64,000 bases of DNA from IMG/VR virus record IMGVR_UViG_3300030085_002643. One strand, given 5' to 3'. Below are positions 55,664-64,000 of this stretch, piece after piece. This DNA comes from an uncultured virus (IMG/VR IMGVR_UViG_3300030085_002643). Taxonomy: Duplodnaviria; Heunggongvirae; Uroviricota; Caudoviricetes; Kyanoviridae. How positions within the stretch are numbered: position 1 is the stretch's first letter; the number at the start of each line of letters is the position of its first letter. The position numbers and the translations under genes were made by a program. The notes beneath the pieces were generated by a model. The model was given only the letters and a program-made list of their open reading frames with translations, did not search any database and was not told where the DNA came from.

Positions 55664-56340
55664 TGTTTCAATTCGTTGATGTAGGCGACATTTCAGTTGA
55701 TGTTGATCCAGTGAGTAAAGATGGTGTACGTTTTTACCCTATTCCTGGTGCTGATAAATATTATCCAAGCGTGACCTCAATCACATCGTTTAAAAACGCA
55801 CAGTTCTTCGCAGAATGGCGAAGAAAAATTGGTGAAGACGAGGCTAATCGCATCACTGCTCGCGCTACTCAACGCGGCACAGCATTTCACAACATTGCTG
55901 AAGATTATTTCAAAGGCAACCTAAACTTAGACAGATACTTGGAAAATAATCCATTGTCTGTTAGAATGTTCCAGTCAGCAAAATCTACACTAAACAGGAT
56001 CAATAACATCCATTGCTTAGAGACCTTTCTCTATTCACATTATCTTGGTTTGGCAGGTCGAGTAGATTGTATTGCTGAGTTCGATGGCGAGTTGGCAGTG
56101 ATCGATTTCAAAACTTCCACTAAGGAAAAAAAGGAAGATCATATCGAGAACTATTTTGTTCAAGAAACTGCATATGCAGCGATGTTCCTAGAAAGGTCAG
56201 GAATTGAGGTCAAGAAAATTGTCACACTTATCGCCACTGAAGAGGGACTTATTCAAGTATTTGAGAAGTACAATCTTGATGACTATTTACAGCTACTTAA
56301 ATCCTATATCGAAGAATTTGTTAGGGGAAGACATGCCTAA
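55663..56340 (+). CDS. PD-(D/E)xK exonuclease (Cas4/lambda-exonuclease-like)
   Basis: YPSVTSI, RGTAFH, AGRVDCIAE...IDFKTS, QETAY. Confidence 0.9.
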   Translation: MFQFVDVGDISVDVDPVSKDGVRFYPIPGADKYYPSVTSITSFKNAQFFAEWRRKIGEDEANRITARATQRGTAFHNIAEDYFKGNLNLDRYLENNPLSVRMFQSAKSTLNRINNIHCLETFLYSHYLGLAGRVDCIAEFDGELAVIDFKTSTKEKKEDHIENYFVQETAYAAMFLERSGIEVKKIVTLIATEEGLIQVFEKYNLDDYLQLLKSYIEEFVRGRHA

Positions 56341-56584
56341 GGAACAACTTGAGGATAAATTTTTAACTCCCACCAAATTCTCACAAGAGATTGAAAGGTT
56401 AGTTAAAAAAAGCAATGGTCTTATTACATACATTGAAGCAGTTGTCACATACTGCCAAGAGAATGAGATCGAAGTGGAAACAGTTCCCAAACTGATTTCC
56501 AAACCACTAAAAGAACGTCTGCGTCATGAGGCACAACGTTTGAATTACATGAAACAATCATCTAAAGGAGTATTACCATTGTGA
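56333..56584 (+). CDS. gp33: Late transcription coactivator gp33
   Basis: FSQEIE...YIEAV..YC..NEIE...KLISKPLKE. Confidence 0.9.
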   Translation: MPKEQLEDKFLTPTKFSQEIERLVKKSNGLITYIEAVVTYCQENEIEVETVPKLISKPLKERLRHEAQRLNYMKQSSKGVLPL

Positions 56585-57747
56585 AATTTGCTGTAGTAGG
56601 CACAGGTACAGCAGGAATACTTAGTTTATCTTTTCTCCTTGCATATGCACCTGAACCGATTGAAGTCTACAGCATACACAATCCTAAAAAACCCATCTTG
56701 GGTGTTGGTGAAAGCACCAGCACTCAAATACCATCTGTTTTATATGATGCAATAAAATTTAGTTTGCTCGAAGATTCGCATGAGTTAGATGCAACTCTTA
56801 AACTTGGAGTCAAGTTTGCTGATTGGAGAGAGAAAGATTTTTATGGACATATAACTCCAGTATCTTATGGAATGCATTTTGACAATCAAGCATTGAAAGG
56901 ATTTGCATTCAGAAGATTTGAAGAGATGTATGAAAATTTTCATGTCATACATGGACATGTAGATAAAATAGAATCCCGAGAAAATGAAGCAGCAGTCTTT
57001 ATAGATGGGGATGAATATAAATTTGACTATGTAGTTGATTGTGGCGGTTATCCAGAAGATTATTCTGAGTATAACATCTGCAAATATATTAGTCTAAACA
57101 GTTGCCTAGTACATAACACGAAACCTGAGGAGTATAATTATACACTTCATAGAGCAACTCCTAATGGTTGGATGTTTGGCATCCCTCTTCAGTCGAGACA
57201 AAGTTTTGGATACTTGTATAATGATACAATAACATCTAAAGATGAAGCAGTTACTAATTTCAAAACCTACTGTGATGATATTGAAGAGTCACAACTAAGA
57301 GAATTTAAATTTAAAAGTTACTCTGCAAAACAATTTTTTGATGGTAGAGTTTTGAAGAATGGAAATCGTGCCTTCTTCTATGAACCTATAGAAGCATTCA
57401 GTGGATTCTTCTATCAAAGTGCTCTTAAGTTTTTGGGAGAGTATTTGTGGTGTGATGTGAGTTTAGAAAAAACAAATGAACATATGGGTTTCATTGCAAA
57501 CAATATAGAATTGGCAACCTGTTTCATTTATCATGGTGGATCAATTTATGACACACCATACTGGGACTATGCAAAGAAAATATCCAAAGAAAAATTGGAC
57601 ACTGATATTAGATGGTCTTATCAGGTTGAAGCCTTGAAGGAAATAAATGCACAAACAAATAGACAATTAAGAAGAGAAGGCATTGGTGCATATCCTGCTC
57701 AAATATGGTTTGACTTTGACAAGAATTTGAATTACAATTTGTTTTGA
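56581..57747 (+). CDS. Flavin-dependent (tryptophan) halogenase-like protein
   Basis: VVGTGTAG, GVGEST, VDCGG, GWMFGIP, GN..FFYEPIEA. Confidence 0.85.
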   Translation: MKFAVVGTGTAGILSLSFLLAYAPEPIEVYSIHNPKKPILGVGESTSTQIPSVLYDAIKFSLLEDSHELDATLKLGVKFADWREKDFYGHITPVSYGMHFDNQALKGFAFRRFEEMYENFHVIHGHVDKIESRENEAAVFIDGDEYKFDYVVDCGGYPEDYSEYNICKYISLNSCLVHNTKPEEYNYTLHRATPNGWMFGIPLQSRQSFGYLYNDTITSKDEAVTNFKTYCDDIEESQLREFKFKSYSAKQFFDGRVLKNGNRAFFYEPIEAFSGFFYQSALKFLGEYLWCDVSLEKTNEHMGFIANNIELATCFIYHGGSIYDTPYWDYAKKISKEKLDTDIRWSYQVEALKEINAQTNRQLRREGIGAYPAQIWFDFDKNLNYNLF

Positions 57748-57749
57748 TT

Positions 57750-58349
57750 ATGACTGGATTTGAAGTGTATAAAATGTATCTTGCACTCAAGCAGCATTTT
57801 ACTAAACCTGACTATGACTTCTGGAAGTATAATGGAAAGGTACGAGCAAATGAAAAATCATTTGAGCAGAGACAAGACCGTTACTTCTTTAAAAAATTAG
57901 CGACAAAGTATTCAGGGGCAAAACTTTTAGAATATTTTGTCGCTAATTTTGTTGATAACCCTAAGGGATACCTCAGATCTTTTAGTGATGATACCTATAC
58001 CAAATGGAGAATACATCAAGAGTCTTTTACATATAAATTTAAAGAAGATGTAAATCTTTTACTCGATGATTCTTGTTTCACACATCAAGAAACGTTTGAT
58101 CGTATGTTCAGAGTTACCTCTGGACAGCATCCAAAAATTATTAAACATTATCTTTCTGGGGATATAACATTAGAAACCTTGGTTGTATTTGAGTCATGTT
58201 TAGGATTCGTCAACAACTTTGATAAAACTTTAACGGATCCTATTTGGAAAGAGATACGCATGAAAGTAATTAAATATCAACCATTCCTAAAACTTAATTG
58301 TCAAGAGTATAAGAGTGTAATCTTAAACACCATTAAAGAAAAGTTATGA
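57750..58349 (+). CDS. gp59: Helicase loader gp59
   Basis: YKMYLALKQHF...YD..KY.GK...RQDRYFF.KL. Confidence 0.92.
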   Translation: MTGFEVYKMYLALKQHFTKPDYDFWKYNGKVRANEKSFEQRQDRYFFKKLATKYSGAKLLEYFVANFVDNPKGYLRSFSDDTYTKWRIHQESFTYKFKEDVNLLLDDSCFTHQETFDRMFRVTSGQHPKIIKHYLSGDITLETLVVFESCLGFVNNFDKTLTDPIWKEIRMKVIKYQPFLKLNCQEYKSVILNTIKEKL

Positions 58350-58675
58350 GTAATTTTTTCAAGTCAGAACAGGTACAAGATGACCTGCAAGCAATTTTTT
58401 CTACCTATCAAGAGATCTCTGCAGAGACATCTAGACTAGGAACAATGGATCGCGAAGAAAAACTGGAACACATTGAAGACTGTAAAGGTTTGATCGATAA
58501 ACAGAAAACATTTTATACACGGTTATGTCTTGCTGCACCTGATGATCCAGAGGCAGCTGACATGAAGACACGGATCAACGCACTCTCTCAAGCGTTTGGA
58601 TATCGTGACTTAGCAGAGTGTATGGACGCTATGGTTGCTACACTAGAGGCAGCAGCGAAGAGGGGTGACATATGA
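58346..58675 (+). CDS. DUF1825-like cyanobacterial/cyanophage protein
   Basis: FFKSEQVQ, LIDKQK.FY.RL.L..DDPEA. Confidence 0.8.
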   Translation: MSNFFKSEQVQDDLQAIFSTYQEISAETSRLGTMDREEKLEHIEDCKGLIDKQKTFYTRLCLAAPDDPEAADMKTRINALSQAFGYRDLAECMDAMVATLEAAAKRGDI

Positions 58676-58755
58676 GTCTCCTATTCGTTTTTGCCTTCAT
58701 CACGCTGCTCATCACTGCCATGGAATTAACATGGCCAATCAGGTATAGAGGTTGA
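58672..58755 (+). CDS. Tiny hydrophobic peptide (27 aa)
   Basis: MSLLFVFAFITLLITAMELTWPIRYRG; ATGA overlap and GAGGGG Shine-Dalgarno. Confidence 0.55.
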   Translation: MSLLFVFAFITLLITAMELTWPIRYRG

Positions 58756-58780
58756 CATGACCTATATACTATGCTACGAT
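58752..58780 (+). promoter_or_regulatory. Sigma70-like promoter for gp32
   Basis: TTGACA-17-TACGAT. Confidence 0.7.
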
Positions 58781-58829
58781 TACCCAGTAGTAAACAAACA
58801 ACTTACACACTAAAACGGAGAATACGATT

Positions 58830-59789
58830 ATGTCTTTTGCATCTCTCAAGAAAGCATCTAGCGCAGGGAATACATTCGCTAGGTTGACTAAGGAGATCGA
58901 GAAACTCAACCAACCTCAGGCAGGTAGTGGCGCTGATGAGCGTCTCTGGAAACCTGAATTGGACAAGTCTGGAAACGGTTACGCCGTAATCCGATTCCTT
59001 CCCGCTCCAGATGGAGAGGAACTGCCTTTCGCAAAGGTCTGGTCCCATGCATTCAAAGGACCTGGTGGTCAGTGGTATATTGAGAACTCTCTGACTACTC
59101 TCGGCAAACAAGATCCTGTCTCAGAGTACAATACTGAACTCTGGAACGCTGCTGGTGAAGGTTCGCCTGAACGTGCTCAAGCAAGGGCACAGAAGCGCAA
59201 ACTGTCTTACTACAGCAACATCTATGTGGTGAGCGATCCTGCACACCCCGAGAACGAAGGTAAGGTCTTCCTGTACAAATACGGCAAAAAGATTTTTGAC
59301 AAACTCGTTGAAGCAATGCAACCTGCATTTGCAGACGAGACTCCTATCGATCCTTTCAATTTCTGGAAAGGTGCTGACTTCAAACTGAAGATCCGCAAGG
59401 TCGATGGATACTGGAACTATGATAAGTCTGAGTTCGCAACACCTAATACTTTGGGTGACTTTGATGATGATCGCCTTGAGCAAATTTGGCAACAGGGTTA
59501 CTCCCTTGCTGAGTTTGAAGACATCAAGAACTTCAAGACTTACGAGCAACTCAAAGCACGTCTTGATCTTGTTCTTGGTAACTCTGCTCCTGCAGCACGT
59601 CCTGTTGATGAGTCCCTTGAGGATTTGAGTGAAGGTCGTGGTGGATTCAACTCACCTGACATCACTCCTTCCAATCAACCTGATTGGGCAGCAGAAGTTA
59701 AAGACTTCCGTGAGAAAGCAGTTGCATCAGCACCTGCAGAAGATGATGTAGAACTTTCATACTTCGCAAAACTTGCTGAGGAAGACTAA
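58830..59789 (+). CDS. gp32: Single-stranded DNA-binding protein gp32
   Basis: DERLWKP, GNGYAVIRFLP, WYIENS, acidic C-terminus. Confidence 0.97.
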   Translation: MSFASLKKASSAGNTFARLTKEIEKLNQPQAGSGADERLWKPELDKSGNGYAVIRFLPAPDGEELPFAKVWSHAFKGPGGQWYIENSLTTLGKQDPVSEYNTELWNAAGEGSPERAQARAQKRKLSYYSNIYVVSDPAHPENEGKVFLYKYGKKIFDKLVEAMQPAFADETPIDPFNFWKGADFKLKIRKVDGYWNYDKSEFATPNTLGDFDDDRLEQIWQQGYSLAEFEDIKNFKTYEQLKARLDLVLGNSAPAARPVDESLEDLSEGRGGFNSPDITPSNQPDWAAEVKDFREKAVASAPAEDDVELSYFAKLAEED

Positions 59790-59950
59790 TGGGAACTGAA
59801 GTCTTGGCAATGCCTGATACCTTAGCAATGCTCGATGGAGCAGTTGGAGCATGGAACTCCATGAGTTATGGGGAGGGGTTTCTCTTCTCCCTTTGGGTCA
59901 TCGGAATGTATTTTATCAAACTGAAAATGGATCGAAGGTTCGGTCGATAA
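59789..59950 (+). CDS. Small membrane protein (53 aa; not in ORF track)
   Basis: MGTEVLAMPDTLAMLDGAVGAWNSMSYGEGFLFSLWVIGMYFIKLKMDRRFGR. Confidence 0.65.
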   Translation: MGTEVLAMPDTLAMLDGAVGAWNSMSYGEGFLFSLWVIGMYFIKLKMDRRFGR

Positions 59951-59995
59951 ACTGTCACAAGGGACTCCACAGGGGGTCCCTTTTCCTGTTATAAT
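59950..59995 (+). promoter_or_regulatory. Terminator hairpin nested in an early promoter with AACTGTCACA motif
   Basis: AAGGGAC/GTCCCTT stem plus T run; TGTTATAAT -10. Confidence 0.6.
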
Positions 59996-60018
59996 TATTC
60001 TATAGACACCGAGTTACC

Positions 60019-60444
60019 ATGAAAATTGCACTTGCTGCTCTAATGATCGCAACAATGCCTGCTCACGCAGAGAGTGTTGGTGATCGTAGTAATCGTCAAG
60101 CATATGAATCTCAGAGAGGATATGCTTCTGAAAACAAATGCTTCCGATATGAATATCGCGAAGAGTATGTGCCTGGCACTTCACAATCACCTGGTTATGT
60201 TAAATCTTACAATGAAAAAATTGCTGTACCTTGCAGCAACACCGCTACTAGCACATTTAGTGCTCAACCTGAACATCGACACCATGACGAAGATGGCAAC
60301 GATTGTTCCCAAGGTGCTATTCTAGGTGGTATTGCGGGTGCTGGAGCAGGTGCTGCTCTCTCCCGTGATGATGGACGCTGGTGGGCAATCCCACTGGGTA
60401 TTGTAGGCGGATCTATGATTGGATGTGATATCGATGGGGGTTGA
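60019..60444 (+). CDS. Secreted glycine-zipper protein
   Basis: Signal ending PAHA; GAILGGIAGAGAGA...GIVGGSMIG; four Cys. Confidence 0.8.
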   Translation: MKIALAALMIATMPAHAESVGDRSNRQAYESQRGYASENKCFRYEYREEYVPGTSQSPGYVKSYNEKIAVPCSNTATSTFSAQPEHRHHDEDGNDCSQGAILGGIAGAGAGAALSRDDGRWWAIPLGIVGGSMIGCDIDGG

Positions 60445-60713
60445 TAGTGGCACATCGATTTGAGGAAATTAAACCCTCTCACCCAGTTACCAAAAAAGAA
60501 GTTGAAGAGATGATAGAGTTTGCGATTAACAGACACAATCGCAACGCAGGACTTATCTCTATGGTTCTTGGGTTTTTATTCATCGCCCTCTTTACAGACG
60601 GATTCTTTAGAGTTATCGGAGAGATACCACCTTTTATGGGTATCGATGTAGATATACTCAAGGATGTTGTGGAGAGAACAAAGGATGAAGTATTAAAAGC
60701 ACTTTCATTATGA
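60441..60713 (+). CDS. Small membrane protein
   Basis: AI.RHNRNA.LISM.LG..F..LF.DG. Confidence 0.72.
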   Translation: MIVAHRFEEIKPSHPVTKKEVEEMIEFAINRHNRNAGLISMVLGFLFIALFTDGFFRVIGEIPPFMGIDVDILKDVVERTKDEVLKALSL

Positions 60714-60796
60714 ACAACATCGGATTAGAAGTTATCTTTTGGACAACACTAACAGTTTATCTGTTGGCAAAGTTTGGAGTCTTTAAAAAGAAGTGA
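60710..60796 (+). CDS. Tiny membrane peptide (28 aa)
   Basis: MNNIGLEVIFWTTLTVYLLAKFGVFKKK; ATGA overlap. Confidence 0.55.
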   Translation: MNNIGLEVIFWTTLTVYLLAKFGVFKKK

Positions 60797-60869
60797 AAAC
60801 CAAAATCGACCTTTGATTCCCAGAAAGTCGCAAAAAAAATCGCGGCAAAAAATGGGTCTCTAAGGTTTT

Positions 60870-61060
60870 TTAGTAACCGCCACCATATCCGCCACCACTA
60901 GAACCAGAGGAACCCGAAGAACCAGAGGAAGAACTACTACCACTGCTGCTAGAAGAACTGGAACTGGAACTGCTGCTAGAAGAACTGGAGCTGGAACTGG
61001 AACTGCTGCTACTTGTAGTTGTAGTCGTCGTAGTAGTTGTTGTGGTCGTACTAGTAGATG
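60870..61060 (-). repeat. Low-complexity poly-Thr/poly-Ser/Gly-Tyr coding repeat
   Basis: Tandem GAACTG/CTGCTGCTA units on the plus strand. Confidence 0.85.
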
Positions 61061-61829
61061 CTGCTGGAGTTGTAGACGTGACTACGCCTGCTGTCGCAGA
61101 TGATGCAGTAGGTCCGTTGTCGAATGAAGTTACAGCAGTGCTGACCGCAGATGCAGAAGTGCTACCACTAGTGTAACCTACAGCATCAAAGAATCTCGAA
61201 GCGATACTGAGAGGAGACTTCTTATTATTAACATCATCTAATTCTACATGAGGTAAGTAAGCAACCATATCTTCAAACTCTTGAACCATTCTATCAGAGA
61301 CTGCCTTTGTAGGAATCTTGATAAGTCTCTTTAATTCATTTAAATATTGCTCATGCTCGTAATTTGACACTGGATATATTGAATCAGATTCACCTTTAGT
61401 GGTTCCATCAGGTAAAACTGCTCTAAATGTCGAATTTACTTGAATACCTTCTTTTATGAAGACAATACCGTTATACAATACTTCTTTAGTTTCATAATGA
61501 TGAACGGTTTCTGGATTACCATACTTTTCAGTAACCATCTTTACAAGATCAGCTTCTTTTAATGGCCATTGTTCATAAAAGTCTGTAATATTATTGGTGA
61601 TGAGAACAACCCAGTCTAACATGGGGTCACCAAGGGCAATTTCAGCAACTACAGCAGGAGTTTCGCCATCTCTTAACTCGTACGTTTCAAAAGAACTAAC
61701 ATATTTTTCTAAGTTCTCTCTGATTGTAATTCTACGGAAAATATTTTTGACTAATCTATATTTGAATGCCTCTTCATCCGAGACACCCTCGCCAACAAAA
61801 ACATTTGGTAAAAAATCGAAATATGCCAT
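60870..61829 (-). CDS. gp53: Baseplate wedge protein gp53 with Ser/Thr/Gly-rich tail
   Basis: YFDFLP, VKNIFRR, GETP, WVVLITN, WP, HHYET. Confidence 0.88.
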   Translation of the reverse strand: MAYFDFLPNVFVGEGVSDEEAFKYRLVKNIFRRITIRENLEKYVSSFETYELRDGETPAVVAEIALGDPMLDWVVLITNNITDFYEQWPLKEADLVKMVTEKYGNPETVHHYETKEVLYNGIVFIKEGIQVNSTFRAVLPDGTTKGESDSIYPVSNYEHEQYLNELKRLIKIPTKAVSDRMVQEFEDMVAYLPHVELDDVNNKKSPLSIASRFFDAVGYTSGSTSASAVSTAVTSFDNGPTASSATAGVVTSTTPAASTSTTTTTTTTTTTTSSSSSSSSSSSSSSSSSSSSSSSSGSSSSSGSSGSSGSSGGGYGGGY

Positions 61830-62956
61830 TAATATCCCTGCCTGATGTCTGATTGATTGAGGAGACGAACCTCAGTGAAATTTACCTGCATGATAACTGC
61901 AGGAACTTGAATCATACTACCGTTAATTCTTTTGAGTGCTGTATAAGTGTTGTCAGGAGTGTAATTTACACTAAACCCACTGCATACGCATGTATCCATT
62001 TTATAGTGTAAACTAAATTTTGGTGGACCAAGTGGTTTACCCTCAGAATTATTTTCAATTGATACGCCATCAAATTCCCCTGATTTGGGTCTCATTCTCA
62101 TAAAAGCGAGTTCATATTGATCGGGAATACCGAAAAATCTATTTCCACTAAGTCCACCACCTGAGGTGTTTCCAAGGAAGTCTTTTAATGAATCAACTCC
62201 CTTTCTACCATCTTTGTTTTCCTCACCGATAGTTTTACCTTGTTTGCCATATGCGGTCTTTGTGATATCACTCATCTCTTGATTAACACCTTCAACTTTA
62301 GGATGAGCACCAATATTAATATATTTGATAATTTTTCGTATTTCCTCTGCTTCTTTCACATTTCTTGCCGCCATCTTAAAACTAAAGGAATGACTCCTAA
62401 AATTCATTTGAGAAAAGATTTGCTCAATATAAGGATTGAAAACTCGTCCACTTCTCAATCCCTCTAAAGCATTGACAGTTAGATTTCCTTGTACACCAAA
62501 GAAACCAGAAACTGCATTAGCACCCTGTGTGATTGCACCAGCAGCAAATTCTGGCAGAATAGCAGCTGCAGCATCTTGAATGGTGCCTGCTAATGATTCA
62601 AAGTTAGTGCCACTGTTCAAAGCATTAATTGCTGCCATACCACCAACACCCAGATTAGTCTGATTATACTGCGGTTGATATGATGCATTGATACCTCCTG
62701 CTAACGCAAGATAGCACATTGATTTATGATATGAAGTTTCCCCTTTATTTCTAGGAAAAGTGTTTCCACCGTAATATGACTTTCCATTATCAGTTTTGTA
62801 GACAGTTTTCTTTCGACGAATTCGTAAGTAATCAATTCGTCCAGTTTCACTGTCTGCCGAGTCTCCATTAAAATCCGAGTCCATTACTGGTGGTTTCAGT
62901 GGATACCTTAAGGTAGATCTACCGTAATCTTCGTTGTCTATGAATTTAGTTGCCAA
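61829..62956 (-). CDS. gp48: Baseplate tail-tube cap gp48-like protein
   Basis: LRYP, VFNPYIEQIF..MNFRSHSFSFK, F.VNYTPD, F.E; adjacent to gp53. Confidence 0.82.
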   Translation of the reverse strand: MATKFIDNEDYGRSTLRYPLKPPVMDSDFNGDSADSETGRIDYLRIRRKKTVYKTDNGKSYYGGNTFPRNKGETSYHKSMCYLALAGGINASYQPQYNQTNLGVGGMAAINALNSGTNFESLAGTIQDAAAAILPEFAAGAITQGANAVSGFFGVQGNLTVNALEGLRSGRVFNPYIEQIFSQMNFRSHSFSFKMAARNVKEAEEIRKIIKYINIGAHPKVEGVNQEMSDITKTAYGKQGKTIGEENKDGRKGVDSLKDFLGNTSGGGLSGNRFFGIPDQYELAFMRMRPKSGEFDGVSIENNSEGKPLGPPKFSLHYKMDTCVCSGFSVNYTPDNTYTALKRINGSMIQVPAVIMQVNFTEVRLLNQSDIRQGY

Positions 62957-62993
62957 GTTTCTACCTAAATACTAACATGGTCTCTATGTATTT

Positions 62994-63413
62994 ATGAGGT
63001 ATCAAGGGAAATATCGTCCAAGCTTCCCACGGAAGTATAAAGGTGACCCCAATAACGTTATTTATAGATCGTCTTGGGAATATAAATTCATGAAATGGTG
63101 CGATATAACTACAACGGTACAAGAGTGGGGTAGTGAGGAAATTATCATTCCTTACGTTTCTCCTGTTGACGGTAAACGGCATCGATATTTTCCAGACTTC
63201 TATGTGAAGATTGGAAACAAAAGATATCTGGTTGAAGTTAAACCACTGAAACAGACGAAAGAACCGAAAACTCAAAAAAGAATGACAAAACGATATATTA
63301 ATGAAGTTGTGACTTGGAGTGTAAACCAAGCAAAGTGGAAAGCAGCAACTGAGTTTTGTAAAGACAACAATTGGGAATTTATGCTAATCACCGAAAAGGA
63401 ACTTAAAGTATAA
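62994..63413 (+). CDS. gp4: Head completion nuclease gp4
   Basis: KYKGDP...YRSSWE...WGSEE..IPY...HRYFPDF...EVKP. Confidence 0.95.
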   Translation: MRYQGKYRPSFPRKYKGDPNNVIYRSSWEYKFMKWCDITTTVQEWGSEEIIIPYVSPVDGKRHRYFPDFYVKIGNKRYLVEVKPLKQTKEPKTQKRMTKRYINEVVTWSVNQAKWKAATEFCKDNNWEFMLITEKELKV

Positions 63414-64000
63414 TGAACACACAAGAAGCTCAATATCCTTCATATCAGGATTTTTTAGCATTCTCTAGAAGGGAGGATAATCATCCGAGTTTTACTAACT
63501 TATTCTCGGTTCATTTTTCTGCACCTAGGTTGCTGCAAAACAATCTGGGACCTACCGTTGGTGGTAGTTCCTCTAAAAGACTGGATCCTGCTTCTGAAGA
63601 TCTTAGATCAACTCTGAATTATTATGCTAACTCGGTAAACCTTCCGAGTAAACAGATGACTACTGGTTCTTTCTTAAGTGTAGGATCAGCAATCAAATAT
63701 GCAACTGGAGTGGCATATAGTCAGATGAATATTTCATTCATCATCCCGAAGTCACAGTATACTAGAGCATTCTTTGAGGAGTGGACCACCAGAGTTTCTT
63801 CTGACGCCAATCAATATTGCGAGTTTTATGATGATTATGTCTGCCCATCATTAAGAGTGTACAAGTGGGAAAGAGGTAAGGGTGACGGTGTGTATACCGA
63901 TCCTAAGATGATTAGGGCACTTAGACAGTCTGGTGATCCTTTCTTGATTGCTAAAAAGTATAGAATCACCGCAGTCTGGGAGATGAGAAATATATTCCCA
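63413..64000 (+). CDS. Tail tube/baseplate initiator (gp54-like), truncated at window end
   Basis: Open frame MNTQEAQYP...SVNLPSKQMTT...FFEEW...FYDDYV...NIFP; not in ORF track because it has no stop. Confidence 0.7.
   Translation, partial: MNTQEAQYPSYQDFLAFSRREDNHPSFTNLFSVHFSAPRLLQNNLGPTVGGSSSKRLDPASEDLRSTLNYYANSVNLPSKQMTTGSFLSVGSAIKYATGVAYSQMNISFIIPKSQYTRAFFEEWTTRVSSDANQYCEFYDDYVCPSLRVYKWERGKGDGVYTDPKMIRALRQSGDPFLIAKKYRITAVWEMRNIFP

Noticed and set aside
55663..56340. Cas4-like nuclease as a sign of a CRISPR system
   Set aside because: It is the core cyanomyophage exonuclease next to phoH; I saw no repeat-spacer array or other cas genes in the window
62961..63329. 122-aa minus-strand ORF upstream of gp48
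   Set aside because: It fully overlaps the clear gp4 gene on the opposite strand

Overview
This 64 kb window comes from a T4-like marine cyanomyophage (Kyanoviridae-like), probably infecting Synechococcus or Prochlorococcus. It is a scaffold with seven 10-N gaps. It carries the T4-type replication, recombination and transcription core: uvsW, gp55, gp47/46, gp45/44/62, regA, gp43, uvsX, gp41, gp61, nrdA/B, thyX, gp33, gp59 and gp32. Auxiliary metabolic genes include psbA, psbD, petF, two hli, talC, phoH, mazG, cobS, speD, hsp20, four 2OG/JmjC oxygenases and a flavin halogenase-like gene. There is one tRNA-Arg(TCT), and the structural region (gp53, gp48, gp4, gp54-like) begins at the right end. 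The most striking element lies at 40.9-41.6 kb, where the ORF track shows nothing. There, a promoter overlapped by a GTA-N8-TAC (NtcA-type) box precedes two tandem glutamine-II (Downstream-peptide)-like aptamers that pair with each other. The second aptamer has a complete 53-aa ORF inside its P2 loop and is followed by two YRG-motif (DUF4278-like) peptides. Other candidates are a nuclease-like / ligase-like / capsid-targeted nucleotidyltransferase gene trio, a seven-gene envelope-protein module, and a shared early-promoter operator motif. All calls come from reading motifs and synteny; no database searches were run.
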